Shown here: piece by piece, positions 31,426 to 40,762 of the stretch | Position numbering within the stretch: the stretch's first letter is position 1 | How the letters are laid out: the number at the start of each line of letters is the position of its first letter | IMG/VR virus record: IMGVR_UViG_3300021225_000247 | Span: 1-40,762 of that record | Strand: one strand, 5' to 3' | Source: a virus | Length of the DNA: 40,762 bases | Notes under the pieces: model-generated | The model's database searches: none | Seen by the model: only the letters and a program-made list of their open reading frames with translations | Told to the model about the DNA's origin: nothing | Made by a program: the position numbers and the translations under genes

Positions 31426-34358
31426 TGTCAAAAGTAATAGGTTTTCAAATAATAATAGACGGCTTAGGCAAAACGGTTGAAACGGCAACGGAATTGAAAA
31501 GAGCCATTGCCGACGTGAATGCCGAGCTAAAGAAAACAACCGACGTTCAAGAAATCAAGAAGCTCGAAGCAAAGTTGGTTGACTTGAAGGCGGCGCAAAT
31601 GGAAGTTAACAAAGTTGTTAAGGAGCAAATCAAAAGCCGCAACGAAGAAATAACCGCAACCGACAAAGCCAACGGCGCGTATCGAAAACTAAGCAAAGAG
31701 CTTAATGACCAACGTAACCGTTACAAAGATTTGGCGGCGGCGGAACAGGAATCAAGTCAGGAGGCAAAAGATTTATTGATAAGTATCAATAATCTTGATA
31801 AAAAATTAAAGGGCATTGATGCCACGGTGGGGCAATTTCAAAGGAATGTCGGTGGTTATACGGAGGCATTGGGGCAATTTTTCCCAAAACTTGGTGGAAC
31901 GGTAGGTCAGGTTACTGGATTAATAGGTGGTTTGTCACAGGGCATAACTGGATTAAGCGCAACAACAGGAGCGTTTAACAAGTCGCTCGGTGCTATTGGA
32001 ATAGCATTAACCGCATTTAGTGGTATATCTGAAATATTTCAAAGCATAAATGAATCGGTTGCTGAAACAAAAGAGTTATCTAATCAAGTAGCATCATTTA
32101 CAGGGGCAACGGGAAACGTATTAAGTGACTTTGTAAGCAAATCAAAAGCAATATCAACCACATATAAAAAGGATGTAAACGACATAACCGTTGCAGCTAA
32201 TACCGCAAGTAAAGCATTAGGCATTGGTTTTAATGAAGCATTGGACGCCATTGAGGCAGGATTTAGAAAGGGCGCAGATAGTAATGGGGAGTTCTTAGAT
32301 AATCTAAAAGAATATCCAACGCAATTTGCAGCGGCTGGATTAAGCATTAAAGATTATTTAGCTATTTCAATCGAGGCTGCAAATCAAGGTATTTACTCAG
32401 ATAAGGGCTTGGACGTTGTTAAGGAATTTGGATTAAGAATTAGAGAACAAACAAAAACTTCCAAAGATGCCTTGGTAGGTGCATTTGGCGAAGAATTTAC
32501 AGGAGAGTTATTTGAAAATTTAAACAATGGCTCAATAACAACCGCCGAGGCTTTGTCCTTAGTAAGCGGAAAAATGGGAGACACTGAGGTTGCAGGCGAT
32601 AAATTACAGACGGTTATTGCAGATGTTTTTGGCGCGGCTGGTGAAGATGCTGGCTTGGCTTACATTCTTTCGTTGGAAAAGATTATAAAAAATACCGACG
32701 ATGTAACAAAATCAACAAATCAATATCAATCACAACAGGAAATTCTTTATCAAACAAACTTAGATTTAGAAGCAAGTCAATCAGAATTAAATGAATCATT
32801 CACAAAGTTTGGTGGGGAATTTACAATCATATCTTCTAAAGCAAAGATATTTTTCAACAACCTATTAGGAGGTTTACTTGATTTCGCAAATGAGTTTCCT
32901 GCAACCTTAAAAGCAATGGGGGCAGGATTAACAACCTTTTTTACAACGGGAAGCATAAGCGGTGCATTGAAAGCGAATCGAGATGTATTTAGAGCCGAAA
33001 AACAAAAGATAGATAAGGAGGATAAGTTAGCCATTGAGAAAGCTGAAAAGGATAGGATTGCACTTGAAAAGAAAAACGCCGAAGAACAAAAGAAAAGATT
33101 AAAATCTCAAAACAAAGAGTTAAGCACCACGGCAAATAAAGGAGGCAGGGACGCGGCAAAAGAATATGCGGCTGGCTCACTTGCAGCTCTGGAAGATGAA
33201 AGAAGCAAATTGCAAACCGCGTTTTCCAACGCCGTGGTTGGCTCGGGAACACAGAAAGAACTGGCGTTGAAGTTGAACGCAATTAATAATCAAATCAAAA
33301 CAGCGGTTGAACAACAAAACCAAATATTAGCGGATGCAGCACGTGGTAACTTGCTTAAAAACCTTCAGGATGCTCAGCAACTTGCAACGATTCCATTGAC
33401 GGTTGAACCTTTGAAAAGTGTTAAGGCTTCTGATTTAGCGAAGAAAGAAAAGGAGGACTTGAAAAAGGTGCAGGATGAAATTATAAAAAATTCAGCCGAC
33501 GCAGCAAAAAAACAAAAAGAAATAAATGACCAGCAATTAAAAGACAAACAAGAAAATACCCAAAAATTAATTGAATCGGTTAGTAATTCAATTCTTTCTG
33601 TTACGGACATTATTGCAACCTTCCAACAAGCAAGAGCCGAAAAGGAAGCCGAAGCGATAAACGAGCAAATAACCAACACGGAAAACAATATAACAGAACT
33701 GGAGGCAAAGGCTGAAAAAGCAAGCGGAATAAGAAAGAAAAGAATTGAAAGGGATATTGCATCCCAAAAGGAATTATTAAAACAACAACAAGCCGAAGCC
33801 GAAGCGATAAGAATCAAAGCGGCAAAGGAAGAAAAACGCATTGCCATTATTCAGGCAATCATTCAGGGTGCTTTAGCTTTTCAAAGGGCTTTGGCACAAG
33901 GCAGCTTCTTACTTGCCATTCCCACGGGAATCGCAGCCGCCGCGCAAATTGCAACCATTGCAGCCCAGCCACTTGCGGAGGGTGGCGTGGTCACAGGGCA
34001 ACGAGTGAATCAAAAGCAAAATATACCAACGCGGTCAAACGGTGACAATGTACTTGCATACGTTAAACGTGGTGAGGTGGTTTTGAACCAACGCCAGCAA
34101 AGTTTACTTGGCGGTTCTCCAACTTTCAGAAAACTTGGTATCAAAGGTTTCGCCGAAGGTGGCATGGTTCCACCAATTAACCCACCGATACAAGGGTTAG
34201 GTTTACAGGGTAACATGAACGAATTTTTGCAAGTCATGGAGGCAAAGACAGACGCGATAAACAACAGGATAGACAGGTTGCAGGCATACGTTGTGAGTGA
34301 GGATATTGCGCGCGATCTTGCTGAAGGGAATAAATTGAAAATAAACGCCACTTTATAA
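31425..34358 (+). CDS. Tail tape measure protein
   Basis: 977 aa with long coiled-coil-like Lys/Glu/Ala/Gln-rich stretches and glycine-rich hydrophobic segments (GGTVGQVTGLIGGLSQGITGL). The C-terminal GDNVLAYVKRGEVVLNQRQ resembles the D.v.a....GE.V motif common in tape measure proteins. Confidence 0.75.
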   Translation: MSKVIGFQIIIDGLGKTVETATELKRAIADVNAELKKTTDVQEIKKLEAKLVDLKAAQMEVNKVVKEQIKSRNEEITATDKANGAYRKLSKELNDQRNRYKDLAAAEQESSQEAKDLLISINNLDKKLKGIDATVGQFQRNVGGYTEALGQFFPKLGGTVGQVTGLIGGLSQGITGLSATTGAFNKSLGAIGIALTAFSGISEIFQSINESVAETKELSNQVASFTGATGNVLSDFVSKSKAISTTYKKDVNDITVAANTASKALGIGFNEALDAIEAGFRKGADSNGEFLDNLKEYPTQFAAAGLSIKDYLAISIEAANQGIYSDKGLDVVKEFGLRIREQTKTSKDALVGAFGEEFTGELFENLNNGSITTAEALSLVSGKMGDTEVAGDKLQTVIADVFGAAGEDAGLAYILSLEKIIKNTDDVTKSTNQYQSQQEILYQTNLDLEASQSELNESFTKFGGEFTIISSKAKIFFNNLLGGLLDFANEFPATLKAMGAGLTTFFTTGSISGALKANRDVFRAEKQKIDKEDKLAIEKAEKDRIALEKKNAEEQKKRLKSQNKELSTTANKGGRDAAKEYAAGSLAALEDERSKLQTAFSNAVVGSGTQKELALKLNAINNQIKTAVEQQNQILADAARGNLLKNLQDAQQLATIPLTVEPLKSVKASDLAKKEKEDLKKVQDEIIKNSADAAKKQKEINDQQLKDKQENTQKLIESVSNSILSVTDIIATFQQARAEKEAEAINEQITNTENNITELEAKAEKASGIRKKRIERDIASQKELLKQQQAEAEAIRIKAAKEEKRIAIIQAIIQGALAFQRALAQGSFLLAIPTGIAAAAQIATIAAQPLAEGGVVTGQRVNQKQNIPTRSNGDNVLAYVKRGEVVLNQRQQSLLGGSPTFRKLGIKGFAEGGMVPPINPPIQGLGLQGNMNEFLQVMEAKTDAINNRIDRLQAYVVSEDIARDLAEGNKLKINATL

Positions 34359-34622
34359 ATGTGCAATTGCATGAAGACAGAAAACATTTGGGGAGAGCTT
34401 GGTTCACGAATTCCCGAGGAATACAAGGCGCAAGTTACCGCCGCAGTCAATAGGACATACAGGGTGTTAAGCATTGACCCGAACGACATGGATTATTTGT
34501 TTAACGTTTATAACAATTTTGTTAATCATTACGAGCCTGAGCGGCGAAATTGTCCCGCGTGTCGGACAAAAGTAGTGGGTAAAATGAGGCAAATAGTACA
34601 ATATTGGAATGAAAATGGATGA
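34359..34622 (+). CDS. Hypothetical Cys-containing small protein (87 aa)
   Basis: MCNC... and NCPAC motifs. Starts immediately after the tape measure stop. Confidence 0.45.
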   Translation: MCNCMKTENIWGELGSRIPEEYKAQVTAAVNRTYRVLSIDPNDMDYLFNVYNNFVNHYEPERRNCPACRTKVVGKMRQIVQYWNENG

Positions 34623-34965
34623 CTTTGAAATGATTAACGAAGAATTATTGCAGGATTTTACGCATGAAGTCTTGAGTAAATACAGTGCTTTTTGCCAAAA
34701 GGAAGGCATTGTACCCAGCTTTTTTCATCTTATTTCCTTCCTGGTTAAAACCGACGTGGTAAAGGAAAAGACGGTGGCGAAGTATATGGTCATGCAGCTT
34801 TACCCAAATAGCCTTTATTCAAATGATTCAAAGATGGATGCCATGATGGAAATAAGCATACGCACGGGTATTTCAAAGAAGCACGTTTATAACATGGTTC
34901 AGCATCCTGAAAGGTTTGGTTTTCAAATCAAGCAAAAAAGAAAAGATAAAAAGAAGACAGAGTAA
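34609..34965 (+). CDS. Hypothetical protein (118 aa) with a basic C-terminus
   Basis: ATG ORF overlapping the upstream gene by 14 nt. Confidence 0.45.
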   Translation: MKMDDFEMINEELLQDFTHEVLSKYSAFCQKEGIVPSFFHLISFLVKTDVVKEKTVAKYMVMQLYPNSLYSNDSKMDAMMEISIRTGISKKHVYNMVQHPERFGFQIKQKRKDKKKTE

Positions 34966-34991
34966 TTTTGTAAATAAATTATTTTTATTTT

Positions 34992-36374
34992 ATGACATAC
35001 GCCGATTATCCAGACGCAGCAAAGAACAACGCACGACGCGCACTTGACCACAAAGAAAAGAATGGGTCAGATTGCGGCACGCTTGTTGGTTGGCAGCGGG
35101 CAAATCAAATAGCTAACGGTGAAGGATTGTCGGAAGAAACGGTACAACGCACCTATTCATTTTTAAGTCGCGCGGAAACGTATGACCAGGGGAAATACTT
35201 TGATGAAGATGGTTCGGAAATTTGCGGCTCAGTAATGTACGACGCATGGGGTGGCAGTGCGATGAGGGTTTGGGCGGAGGCAAAGTACAAGGCGATACAA
35301 AAGGACAAAGCAAAAAACATGGCAAAAGTAAGTATAGATATTTTAGGTGAAATTTCGGAATCGGTTAATTCTTACAACTCGGTAAGGGCAAAGATTAACC
35401 AGGCGAACGGGCAGCCAATTAATTTAACGATATCCTCAGGCGGTGGCAGCGTCACTGAAGGCATGGGTATTGCTGATTTAGTGGCTAATTACCCAGAAGA
35501 AACCACGGCAACAGGAATCGGCTTGGTAGCAAGCATTGCAACGGTTGTACTGTTGGCGGCTGATAATGTAAAGATGACTGAAAACGCCTTCATGATGATT
35601 CACAGACCTTGGAGTTACACAATGGGTAACGCCGACGAACTTGAGGCAACGGCTGAATTATTGGACAAAATGGAGGCGAAGTTACTTGATATTTATACGG
35701 CTTCGGTTATTAAACGCAAAGGAGACCAAAAGAACCTAAAAGAAATTATTACGAATATGATGGCAGCTGAAACTTGGCTGACCGCTCGGGAGGCATTAGA
35801 ATTTGGCTTCATTGATGAAATTGTTAAAGTTAACGAAAAAAACATTGATATGTTACCGTTGCAAAATAGCCTAAACAAGTTCTTGAATGTTCCAGCCGCA
35901 TTATTAAACAATACAAAAAAAGAAGATGAAATGGGTAGTTCTATTTTAGAAAAAATCAAAAGCCTTCTTAATAGCATAGATGAAACTCCCACCGTGGAAA
36001 ATGTTATTGAGGAGCAAAAAGTAGTTGAGGATGTGCCAAAAAACGATGAAGTTGAAATGGCTATTACTTTACTAAAAGATTTAGGTTACTTTGTTTTATC
36101 TCCCGATGAAATGGATGCTATTCATTCAAAGCAAAAACAGGAGATGGAATCAATGTACAAAAAGACCGAAGAACAAAAGAACTCAATTACTGAAATTGAA
36201 TCGGTTTTGGAAACATTGGGAAATGAATTAGTCGCACTTAGGGCGCAAGTTAAAAAAGGCGTTGGACTTCCTTCGGGCGGCTCAGCACATGAAAAGGTTC
36301 AGGAAACAAAAGCGAAATCGAGTTACTTTGATTCTTTCGCTACATTAGTTCAAACTAAAATCTCACAAAGATAA
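34992..36374 (+). CDS. ClpP-like (S14) prohead protease with an extra N-terminal domain and a C-terminal coiled-coil, scaffold-like region
   Basis: INLTISSGGGSVTEGMGI, GLVASIATVVLLAAD, MMIHRPW and ETWLTAREALEFGFIDEIV match the Clp-protease core. About 110 aa precede the core, and about 150 Glu/Lys-rich aa follow it. Confidence 0.8.
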   Translation: MTYADYPDAAKNNARRALDHKEKNGSDCGTLVGWQRANQIANGEGLSEETVQRTYSFLSRAETYDQGKYFDEDGSEICGSVMYDAWGGSAMRVWAEAKYKAIQKDKAKNMAKVSIDILGEISESVNSYNSVRAKINQANGQPINLTISSGGGSVTEGMGIADLVANYPEETTATGIGLVASIATVVLLAADNVKMTENAFMMIHRPWSYTMGNADELEATAELLDKMEAKLLDIYTASVIKRKGDQKNLKEIITNMMAAETWLTAREALEFGFIDEIVKVNEKNIDMLPLQNSLNKFLNVPAALLNNTKKEDEMGSSILEKIKSLLNSIDETPTVENVIEEQKVVEDVPKNDEVEMAITLLKDLGYFVLSPDEMDAIHSKQKQEMESMYKKTEEQKNSITEIESVLETLGNELVALRAQVKKGVGLPSGGSAHEKVQETKAKSSYFDSFATLVQTKISQR

Positions 36375-36838
36375 TGGCAACAGCAAACGTCAATGGTTTT
36401 CTCGATTCAAACACATACATCGGGCAAAACAATTTAAACCGCACCAACCCGTATGCCAACGCGCAAGGAATAAACGCGGAGAAATTATACGGAATTGATA
36501 CCTTCACGGATCGCATTCCCGTATCCTTTACATATGGCACTTCCTCAGCTGGAAAACGTTTGAACTTTGCACCGCTTACAGGTGTAACAAGCGCAAGCGA
36601 TTTTTACAAGGTTACAGTAATCGATGAATCAGGAAAAGAGGCATACGCCAACTGGCAATCCTCAGCACCAACGGCAATTTTACAAATAAATACTTCGGCG
36701 TTAAATCCTGGCAACGATTGGAAAGTATTATTTGCCGTGGCAACAACCGCAGGCGCAAAGACAGAGTTTTCATTTGGTATAGAGGATTCATTTGTTTTAA
36801 CAAATACGTCTGCAACCATTTCTTATCCAAACCTTTAA
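36374..36838 (+). CDS. Hypothetical virion protein (154 aa), possibly a head decoration or accessory protein
   Basis: Located between the protease/scaffold and capsid genes. No motif support. Confidence 0.45.
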   Translation: MATANVNGFLDSNTYIGQNNLNRTNPYANAQGINAEKLYGIDTFTDRIPVSFTYGTSSAGKRLNFAPLTGVTSASDFYKVTVIDESGKEAYANWQSSAPTAILQINTSALNPGNDWKVLFAVATTAGAKTEFSFGIEDSFVLTNTSATISYPNL

Positions 36839-36850
36839 AATTAAAAACAA

Positions 36851-37834
36851 ATGGCATTAGTTGAAATAAGCCAATTAGACGTATCCTTTAGAGGTACGGA
36901 GGCAAATAATATTTTTTTAGAGCCAGTCTTTTTTGACGATGACCTTCGCGGACAATTTCGCGTACTTGGTAACGTCGCGAATAAAAAGAAAATGGTTTTT
37001 GTACAACAGTTGGAAAACATTGTACGCAAGTATTCAGGCTGCGGATTCAATCCCGTTGGTTCAGTTGACATTTATCAGCGCACGATTGACGTTGAAAAAA
37101 TGAAGGTTGATTTGGAAATGTGTTGGGATGAATTTGAGGATACCGTTTTTGAAGAGTTGTTAAAAACAGGTACAAGGCTTCCAGATGTTTCGGGAACATT
37201 AATTGAAAATATTCTTTTGACTCGTACACAACAGGCGATAAGAAACGACATTACCCGTCTTTCTTACTTCGGTGACCAGTCTTCAAACAACCCTAATTTT
37301 GATTCATTAGACGGTTTTTGGACTGTTTATTATCCTCAATTGGTTGCACAAGACTTAGTTCCACGTTGCAACACGGGTTCAGGTACAAACCTTGCGGCAG
37401 GTGACGGCTTCGCAATCCTTCGCGATGTGTATGACCAGGCTCCTTTGCAATTAAAAGGTTTACCTGCCAACCAAAAGGTGTTTAATGTAACTCAAAGCGT
37501 TTATTCTCAGCTTCGTGAGGACATTGAAAACGGCGGTGGTGGTGACTACGGTTTACTTCAGTTGATTAATGGTGTTGAACAATTTACCTTCCGTGGTGTA
37601 ACCGTTATACCTCAATTCCGTTGGGACGATATTGCAACGTCACTTGGAACAACTAAGCCGCATTACGTAGAATATACCACGCCACAAAATAAGGTACTTG
37701 CAACGGACGTATTAAGCCCTGAAACGGCTTTGGAACTTTGGTACGACCAGAAAGACGAAAAGGTGTACATTAAGGCGCGCTTCAAAATGGGCGTTAATTA
37801 TATTCACCCATCTTTAATCAGCTTAGGCTACTAA
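36851..37834 (+). CDS. Major capsid protein (putative)
   Basis: 327 aa, immediately downstream of the protease/scaffold module. Called on size and position only; no catalytic-type motifs are available. Confidence 0.6.
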   Translation: MALVEISQLDVSFRGTEANNIFLEPVFFDDDLRGQFRVLGNVANKKKMVFVQQLENIVRKYSGCGFNPVGSVDIYQRTIDVEKMKVDLEMCWDEFEDTVFEELLKTGTRLPDVSGTLIENILLTRTQQAIRNDITRLSYFGDQSSNNPNFDSLDGFWTVYYPQLVAQDLVPRCNTGSGTNLAAGDGFAILRDVYDQAPLQLKGLPANQKVFNVTQSVYSQLREDIENGGGGDYGLLQLINGVEQFTFRGVTVIPQFRWDDIATSLGTTKPHYVEYTTPQNKVLATDVLSPETALELWYDQKDEKVYIKARFKMGVNYIHPSLISLGY

Positions 37835-37844
37835 TCAAAAACGA

Positions 37845-38393
37845 ATGAGCGCAATAACAGGCGGTTGGCTTAATCAATGTACAGATGGCACTTGCGCAGG
37901 AGGTATTGGCAAATTTTACGTTGCCAATGCTAATCAGGTGACAAGCATAACCAATAACGCATCGGGAGCAACCACGGCAATAACAATGACTTCCACGGCT
38001 GCCGTGTTTTACGAGATTGAATTCAGGGATAATTCAGGAGCATTCACCGAAACGGTAACGCAAGACCCTGATACTTTATCGGTAGCCATTGAGCAAAGTT
38101 TAACGGGAATTATTAATTGCCGCGATCAGGAGTTAAGAAACCTTATTCAAGACATGTCAAATCAGGCGTGCGGCTTGGTTTGTGTCCACGTTGAAAATAC
38201 TGGTAATTATTGGATTTGGGGTGTTGAACCAGTAGGAGGTAAGAAAAGGGTTGCAAGGTTAACAAGTGCCGAAGGTTTATCGGGTGCATTGTTTACCGAT
38301 TCAAACCAAGAGACACTTACCATTACCTGCAGAACCACGGAGAAAGCGAGGTTTATTGTTAACGGCGCAACAGTGATGAACGCCTTAGATTAA
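37845..38393 (+). CDS. Hypothetical structural protein (182 aa), a candidate tail tube or head-tail protein
   Basis: Position within the structural string only. Confidence 0.4.
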   Translation: MSAITGGWLNQCTDGTCAGGIGKFYVANANQVTSITNNASGATTAITMTSTAAVFYEIEFRDNSGAFTETVTQDPDTLSVAIEQSLTGIINCRDQELRNLIQDMSNQACGLVCVHVENTGNYWIWGVEPVGGKKRVARLTSAEGLSGALFTDSNQETLTITCRTTEKARFIVNGATVMNALD

Positions 38394-38400
38394 TAAAAGT

Positions 38401-38637
38401 ATGATAGTTAGAGAAAAAAGCAAACAAATGCTTTATGTGGGGGCTGACCTTTCGGGCAAAGCTGGAATCATTCGAAAAACTATCGGCGAACTTTCACAAA
38501 ACGAATTGAGGGCTTGGTATAAATCAAGCCCTCAGGACGTTGGGCAACACGTCATTTATACCCCTGAGAAAAAAAGCTATGAGCCAACAATTAAAGAAAA
38601 TACAGGCAGTCCCGAACAGGAACAATCGAGTAAGTAA
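38401..38637 (+). CDS. Hypothetical protein (78 aa)
   Basis: ATG ORF that overlaps the start region of the portal-like ORF. Confidence 0.4.
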   Translation: MIVREKSKQMLYVGADLSGKAGIIRKTIGELSQNELRAWYKSSPQDVGQHVIYTPEKKSYEPTIKENTGSPEQEQSSK

Positions 38638-39988
38638 AAGGAATCAAAGCCCTTTACTTGCTTCGGTTACCTTAGATACCTCCAATACAATGCTTGTAAA
38701 GGAGGATATTTTTAATGAGCCGTCACGGGAGAGGCTTGATTTCACGGGGGCAAAATGGGTGCGATTCTTTACTCAAAAGGATGACTTTTTAAAGAGCCTT
38801 ATCGCCATTGTTAATAATTCGCCGACGTTACGAAGGATAATAGAAGATAAAACAAACATGGTCGTTGGTGACGGCTTCATTCCCATGAAGGGCAAGGCAA
38901 ATACATTGCTTACCACGTCCATGAAGGGTGATGTTATTACCGACGATTCTTTAAGCGAAATAGAAGATGTTATTTCACAGGTTAATTTACACGGGCAAAA
39001 TCTTCAGGAGGTTTTGGCTCAACTTGCTTTTGACTATGATGCTTTTGGGAATAGCTTTTGCGAAATTGTTAAAGGCAAAGTAGGAAGTGAACCATTTACT
39101 TATATATACCATGTTCCTGTTTACAACGTTGGTATTCGAAAAGCCGAAGCCGACCAGATTATAAAATCAGTTGGCATTTATGATAACTGGGAAGAAGTGC
39201 CACTTACGACCGACGGCATATTTTACGAAAGCGAAGGATTCAGGGAAGTACCTATTTACCCAGACTTTAAGAAATTTGAGGACGGAACGCAAAGAAGCGT
39301 CATTCATGTGAAGCAATACGCAGCAGGATATTTTTACTTTGGTTTACCTGAATGGATTGGCGCAAAAATGTGGGCTGAGATTGAATACAGGATTCAGCGG
39401 TTTAATACAAGTAAATTTGAAAACGGCTTCATGCCTTCGGGGGTGATGCAATTTTTCGGCTCGATTACGCCCGACCAGGCAAAGAAATTGGTTGAAGGAA
39501 TAGAAAGCAAATTTACAGGAATGGGCAATAATCATAAGTTATTCGTTCAAGTTTTAAGAGACGAAAAATTAAAAGCAAATTGGATTCCCACCTCAAAAGA
39601 AAGTGAGGGCGAATTTTTAAACTTGCAAAACTTGGCAGCCTCGGCGATTGTCGTGGCTAACAGGTGGAGCAAGTCACTTGCAGGCTTCGCCACCGCAGGG
39701 CAACTTGGAAGCAATCAACAGATACGTCAGGAAATGGAGTACTTGCAAAGTACGGTTATTAAGCCGCGCCAAAACTTGATGTTATCTAAAATTATAAATC
39801 CTTATTTAGCCGAAATTGGGCAATACAACCCAATATTCAAAGACGTTCAATTCTCAATATCAAACACTTTACCAGTGTCATTTATGGGTGAAATTGCGGT
39901 TGAGGATAATTTGACGCAAGATGAAAAAAGGGAAATATTAGGTTATTCACCAATCGAAACAAATGGCACAATTAATACAACCGTCTGA
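38579..39988 (+). CDS. Portal protein (putative)
   Basis: About 470 aa and the only portal-sized ORF without another assignment. The segment QIRQEMEYLQSTVIKPRQNLMLSKIINPYL resembles the conserved portal helix region. Start placed at the first ATG (38579) rather than the TTG at 38540. Confidence 0.5.
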   Translation: MSQQLKKIQAVPNRNNRVSKRNQSPLLASVTLDTSNTMLVKEDIFNEPSRERLDFTGAKWVRFFTQKDDFLKSLIAIVNNSPTLRRIIEDKTNMVVGDGFIPMKGKANTLLTTSMKGDVITDDSLSEIEDVISQVNLHGQNLQEVLAQLAFDYDAFGNSFCEIVKGKVGSEPFTYIYHVPVYNVGIRKAEADQIIKSVGIYDNWEEVPLTTDGIFYESEGFREVPIYPDFKKFEDGTQRSVIHVKQYAAGYFYFGLPEWIGAKMWAEIEYRIQRFNTSKFENGFMPSGVMQFFGSITPDQAKKLVEGIESKFTGMGNNHKLFVQVLRDEKLKANWIPTSKESEGEFLNLQNLAASAIVVANRWSKSLAGFATAGQLGSNQQIRQEMEYLQSTVIKPRQNLMLSKIINPYLAEIGQYNPIFKDVQFSISNTLPVSFMGEIAVEDNLTQDEKREILGYSPIETNGTINTTV

Positions 39989-40502
39989 GGTTATAAGCGG
40001 TGGGGTTGCAAGACCAACGCCAGCGGATATAAGGATTGATAAAAGCCTTATAAGCCCTCACATTCAAGATGCGGAGTTTCAATGGATTGTTCCAGCTATC
40101 GGCGTATCTTTTTACGATGCTTTGGTGGCTGCAAAAGGAAGTTCAACAGCATTTACGTCAACGGCTTATCAAGCGCTATGGAATGACCACTTAAAATCCT
40201 TTTGCGCCAACGCCGTGTTATACGAAGCAGCTCCGTACATGGTGATGCAACTTGGAACAAATGGACTTTATACGCTTGATAATGAGTACGGGCAAAACGT
40301 GGGGGTTGAAGGATTGAAATTTTATCAAGACACGATGCTTCAAAGGCTTGGGGTAAAGAAGAAAAGGATTAAGGATTATTTGTGTACTTGCGCAAGTAAT
40401 TTAATAGGCTTTGTTCCTTCTGCCATTGGTTGTCCTGAAGCAACTTGTAATGAGGATGAAGAAATATTTGACATTTATAACACGATGGGAATAGTACTAT
40501 GA
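39963..40502 (+). CDS. Hypothetical virion-module protein (179 aa)
   Basis: ATG ORF overlapping the portal 3' end, with an ATGA overlap to the fibre gene. Confidence 0.5.
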   Translation: MAQLIQPSEVISGGVARPTPADIRIDKSLISPHIQDAEFQWIVPAIGVSFYDALVAAKGSSTAFTSTAYQALWNDHLKSFCANAVLYEAAPYMVMQLGTNGLYTLDNEYGQNVGVEGLKFYQDTMLQRLGVKKKRIKDYLCTCASNLIGFVPSAIGCPEATCNEDEEIFDIYNTMGIVL

Positions 40503-40762
40503 GTGAAGAAATAAAACCAAAAAAGGAACGTAAGTTTTTAAAGGCATTAGGAAAAATTGGAGAGGTTTTGATTCAAGAACTTTTTTTCAAAGTAGGGAGC
40601 AATTTGATTAGAAAGATTGGAGGTAAAAAAACTTTGCCTTCAATTCTTTTTTTATTCCTTTCCCTCGGCATTTTCGCCCAATTCCCAAACACTGGAAACA
40701 AACAAAGATTAGGTTTCCAGACCACAGGCGACGGCTTAGTTTGGCGCGGTTCATTGTCCGAC
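40499..40762 (+). CDS. N-terminal 88 codons of the wrap-around tail fibre ORF (continues at base 22 after the repeat)
   Basis: ATG at 40499. A basic N-terminus is followed by the hydrophobic LPSILFLFLSLGIFAQ and QTTGDGLVWRG, homologous to the N-terminus of CDS 3460..4701. No stop before the window end. Confidence 0.75.
   Translation, partial: MSEEIKPKKERKFLKALGKIGEVLIQELFFKVGSNLIRKIGGKKTLPSILFLFLSLGIFAQFPNTGNKQRLGFQTTGDGLVWRGSLSD
40742..40762. repeat. 21-bp terminal direct repeat, copy 2 (identical to 1..21)
   Basis: Exact identity with bases 1..21. Confidence 0.9.

Noticed and set aside
34967-34977. ttttgtaaata upstream of the protease gene matches the core of the early promoter repeat in the opposite orientation, so it was considered as a fourth copy or a late promoter.
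   Set aside because: Only 11 nt match, in very AT-rich sequence, and it lies only 14 nt from the ATG. That is too little to call.
38540-38578. The TTG at 38540 as the start of the portal-like ORF.
   Set aside because: The first ATG (38579) is more plausible, although either choice overlaps ORF 38401..38637. The true start remains uncertain.
1-40762. I searched the translations for an integrase, recombinase or repressor lysogeny module, a DNA polymerase, helicase or primase, and a C5-cytosine methyltransferase.
   Set aside because: I found no tyrosine- or serine-recombinase motifs, no Walker-A helicase other than terL, no polymerase motifs and no PCQ/ENV series. Absence judged by eye is weak evidence and should be confirmed with profile searches.

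Overview
The window is a complete tailed dsDNA phage genome of about 40.74 kb. The first 21 bases are identical to the last 21 (1..21 = 40742..40762), and one long tail-fibre ORF runs in frame across that junction, so the molecule is circular or circularly permuted. It is AT-rich with short intergenic regions. Start codons are preceded by A/C-rich leaders rather than Shine-Dalgarno sites, and one promoter region carries a TAnnTTTG box, which suggests a Bacteroidota host (inference, low confidence). There are two arms. The leftward arm (18998 down to 6827, minus strand) holds small early genes, a SAM methyltransferase, a replication-initiator-like protein, a nucleotide-pool module (dCTP deaminase, DUF5664-like dNTP pyrophosphohydrolase, PD-(D/E)XK nuclease), a RuvC-like resolvase and a membrane-anchored glucosaminidase-like protein. 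It is punctuated by three copies of a roughly 55-bp promoter-like repeat and by hairpin terminators. The rightward arm (19127 through the junction to 6762, plus strand) holds SSB, a DNA-modification operon, the terminase genes, tail genes and tape measure, a ClpP-like protease/scaffold, capsid, portal, two fibre proteins, and a holin plus Amidase_3 endolysin. I found no integrase, repressor module, DNA polymerase, helicase, tRNA or CRISPR array. The main candidate for a new system is the translationally coupled operon at 19923..23972. It combines a TET/JBP-family 2OG-Fe(II) dioxygenase with a GT-B-like glycosyltransferase, a ParB-like protein, an FkbM-type methyltransferase and a DPPY amino-DNA-methyltransferase, and runs directly into terL. 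No C5-cytosine methyltransferase is recognisable anywhere in the genome. A second notable feature is a pair of stem-loops with 7-nt complementary loops immediately upstream of the replication-initiator gene. All functional calls come from motif recognition by eye; no database search was run.
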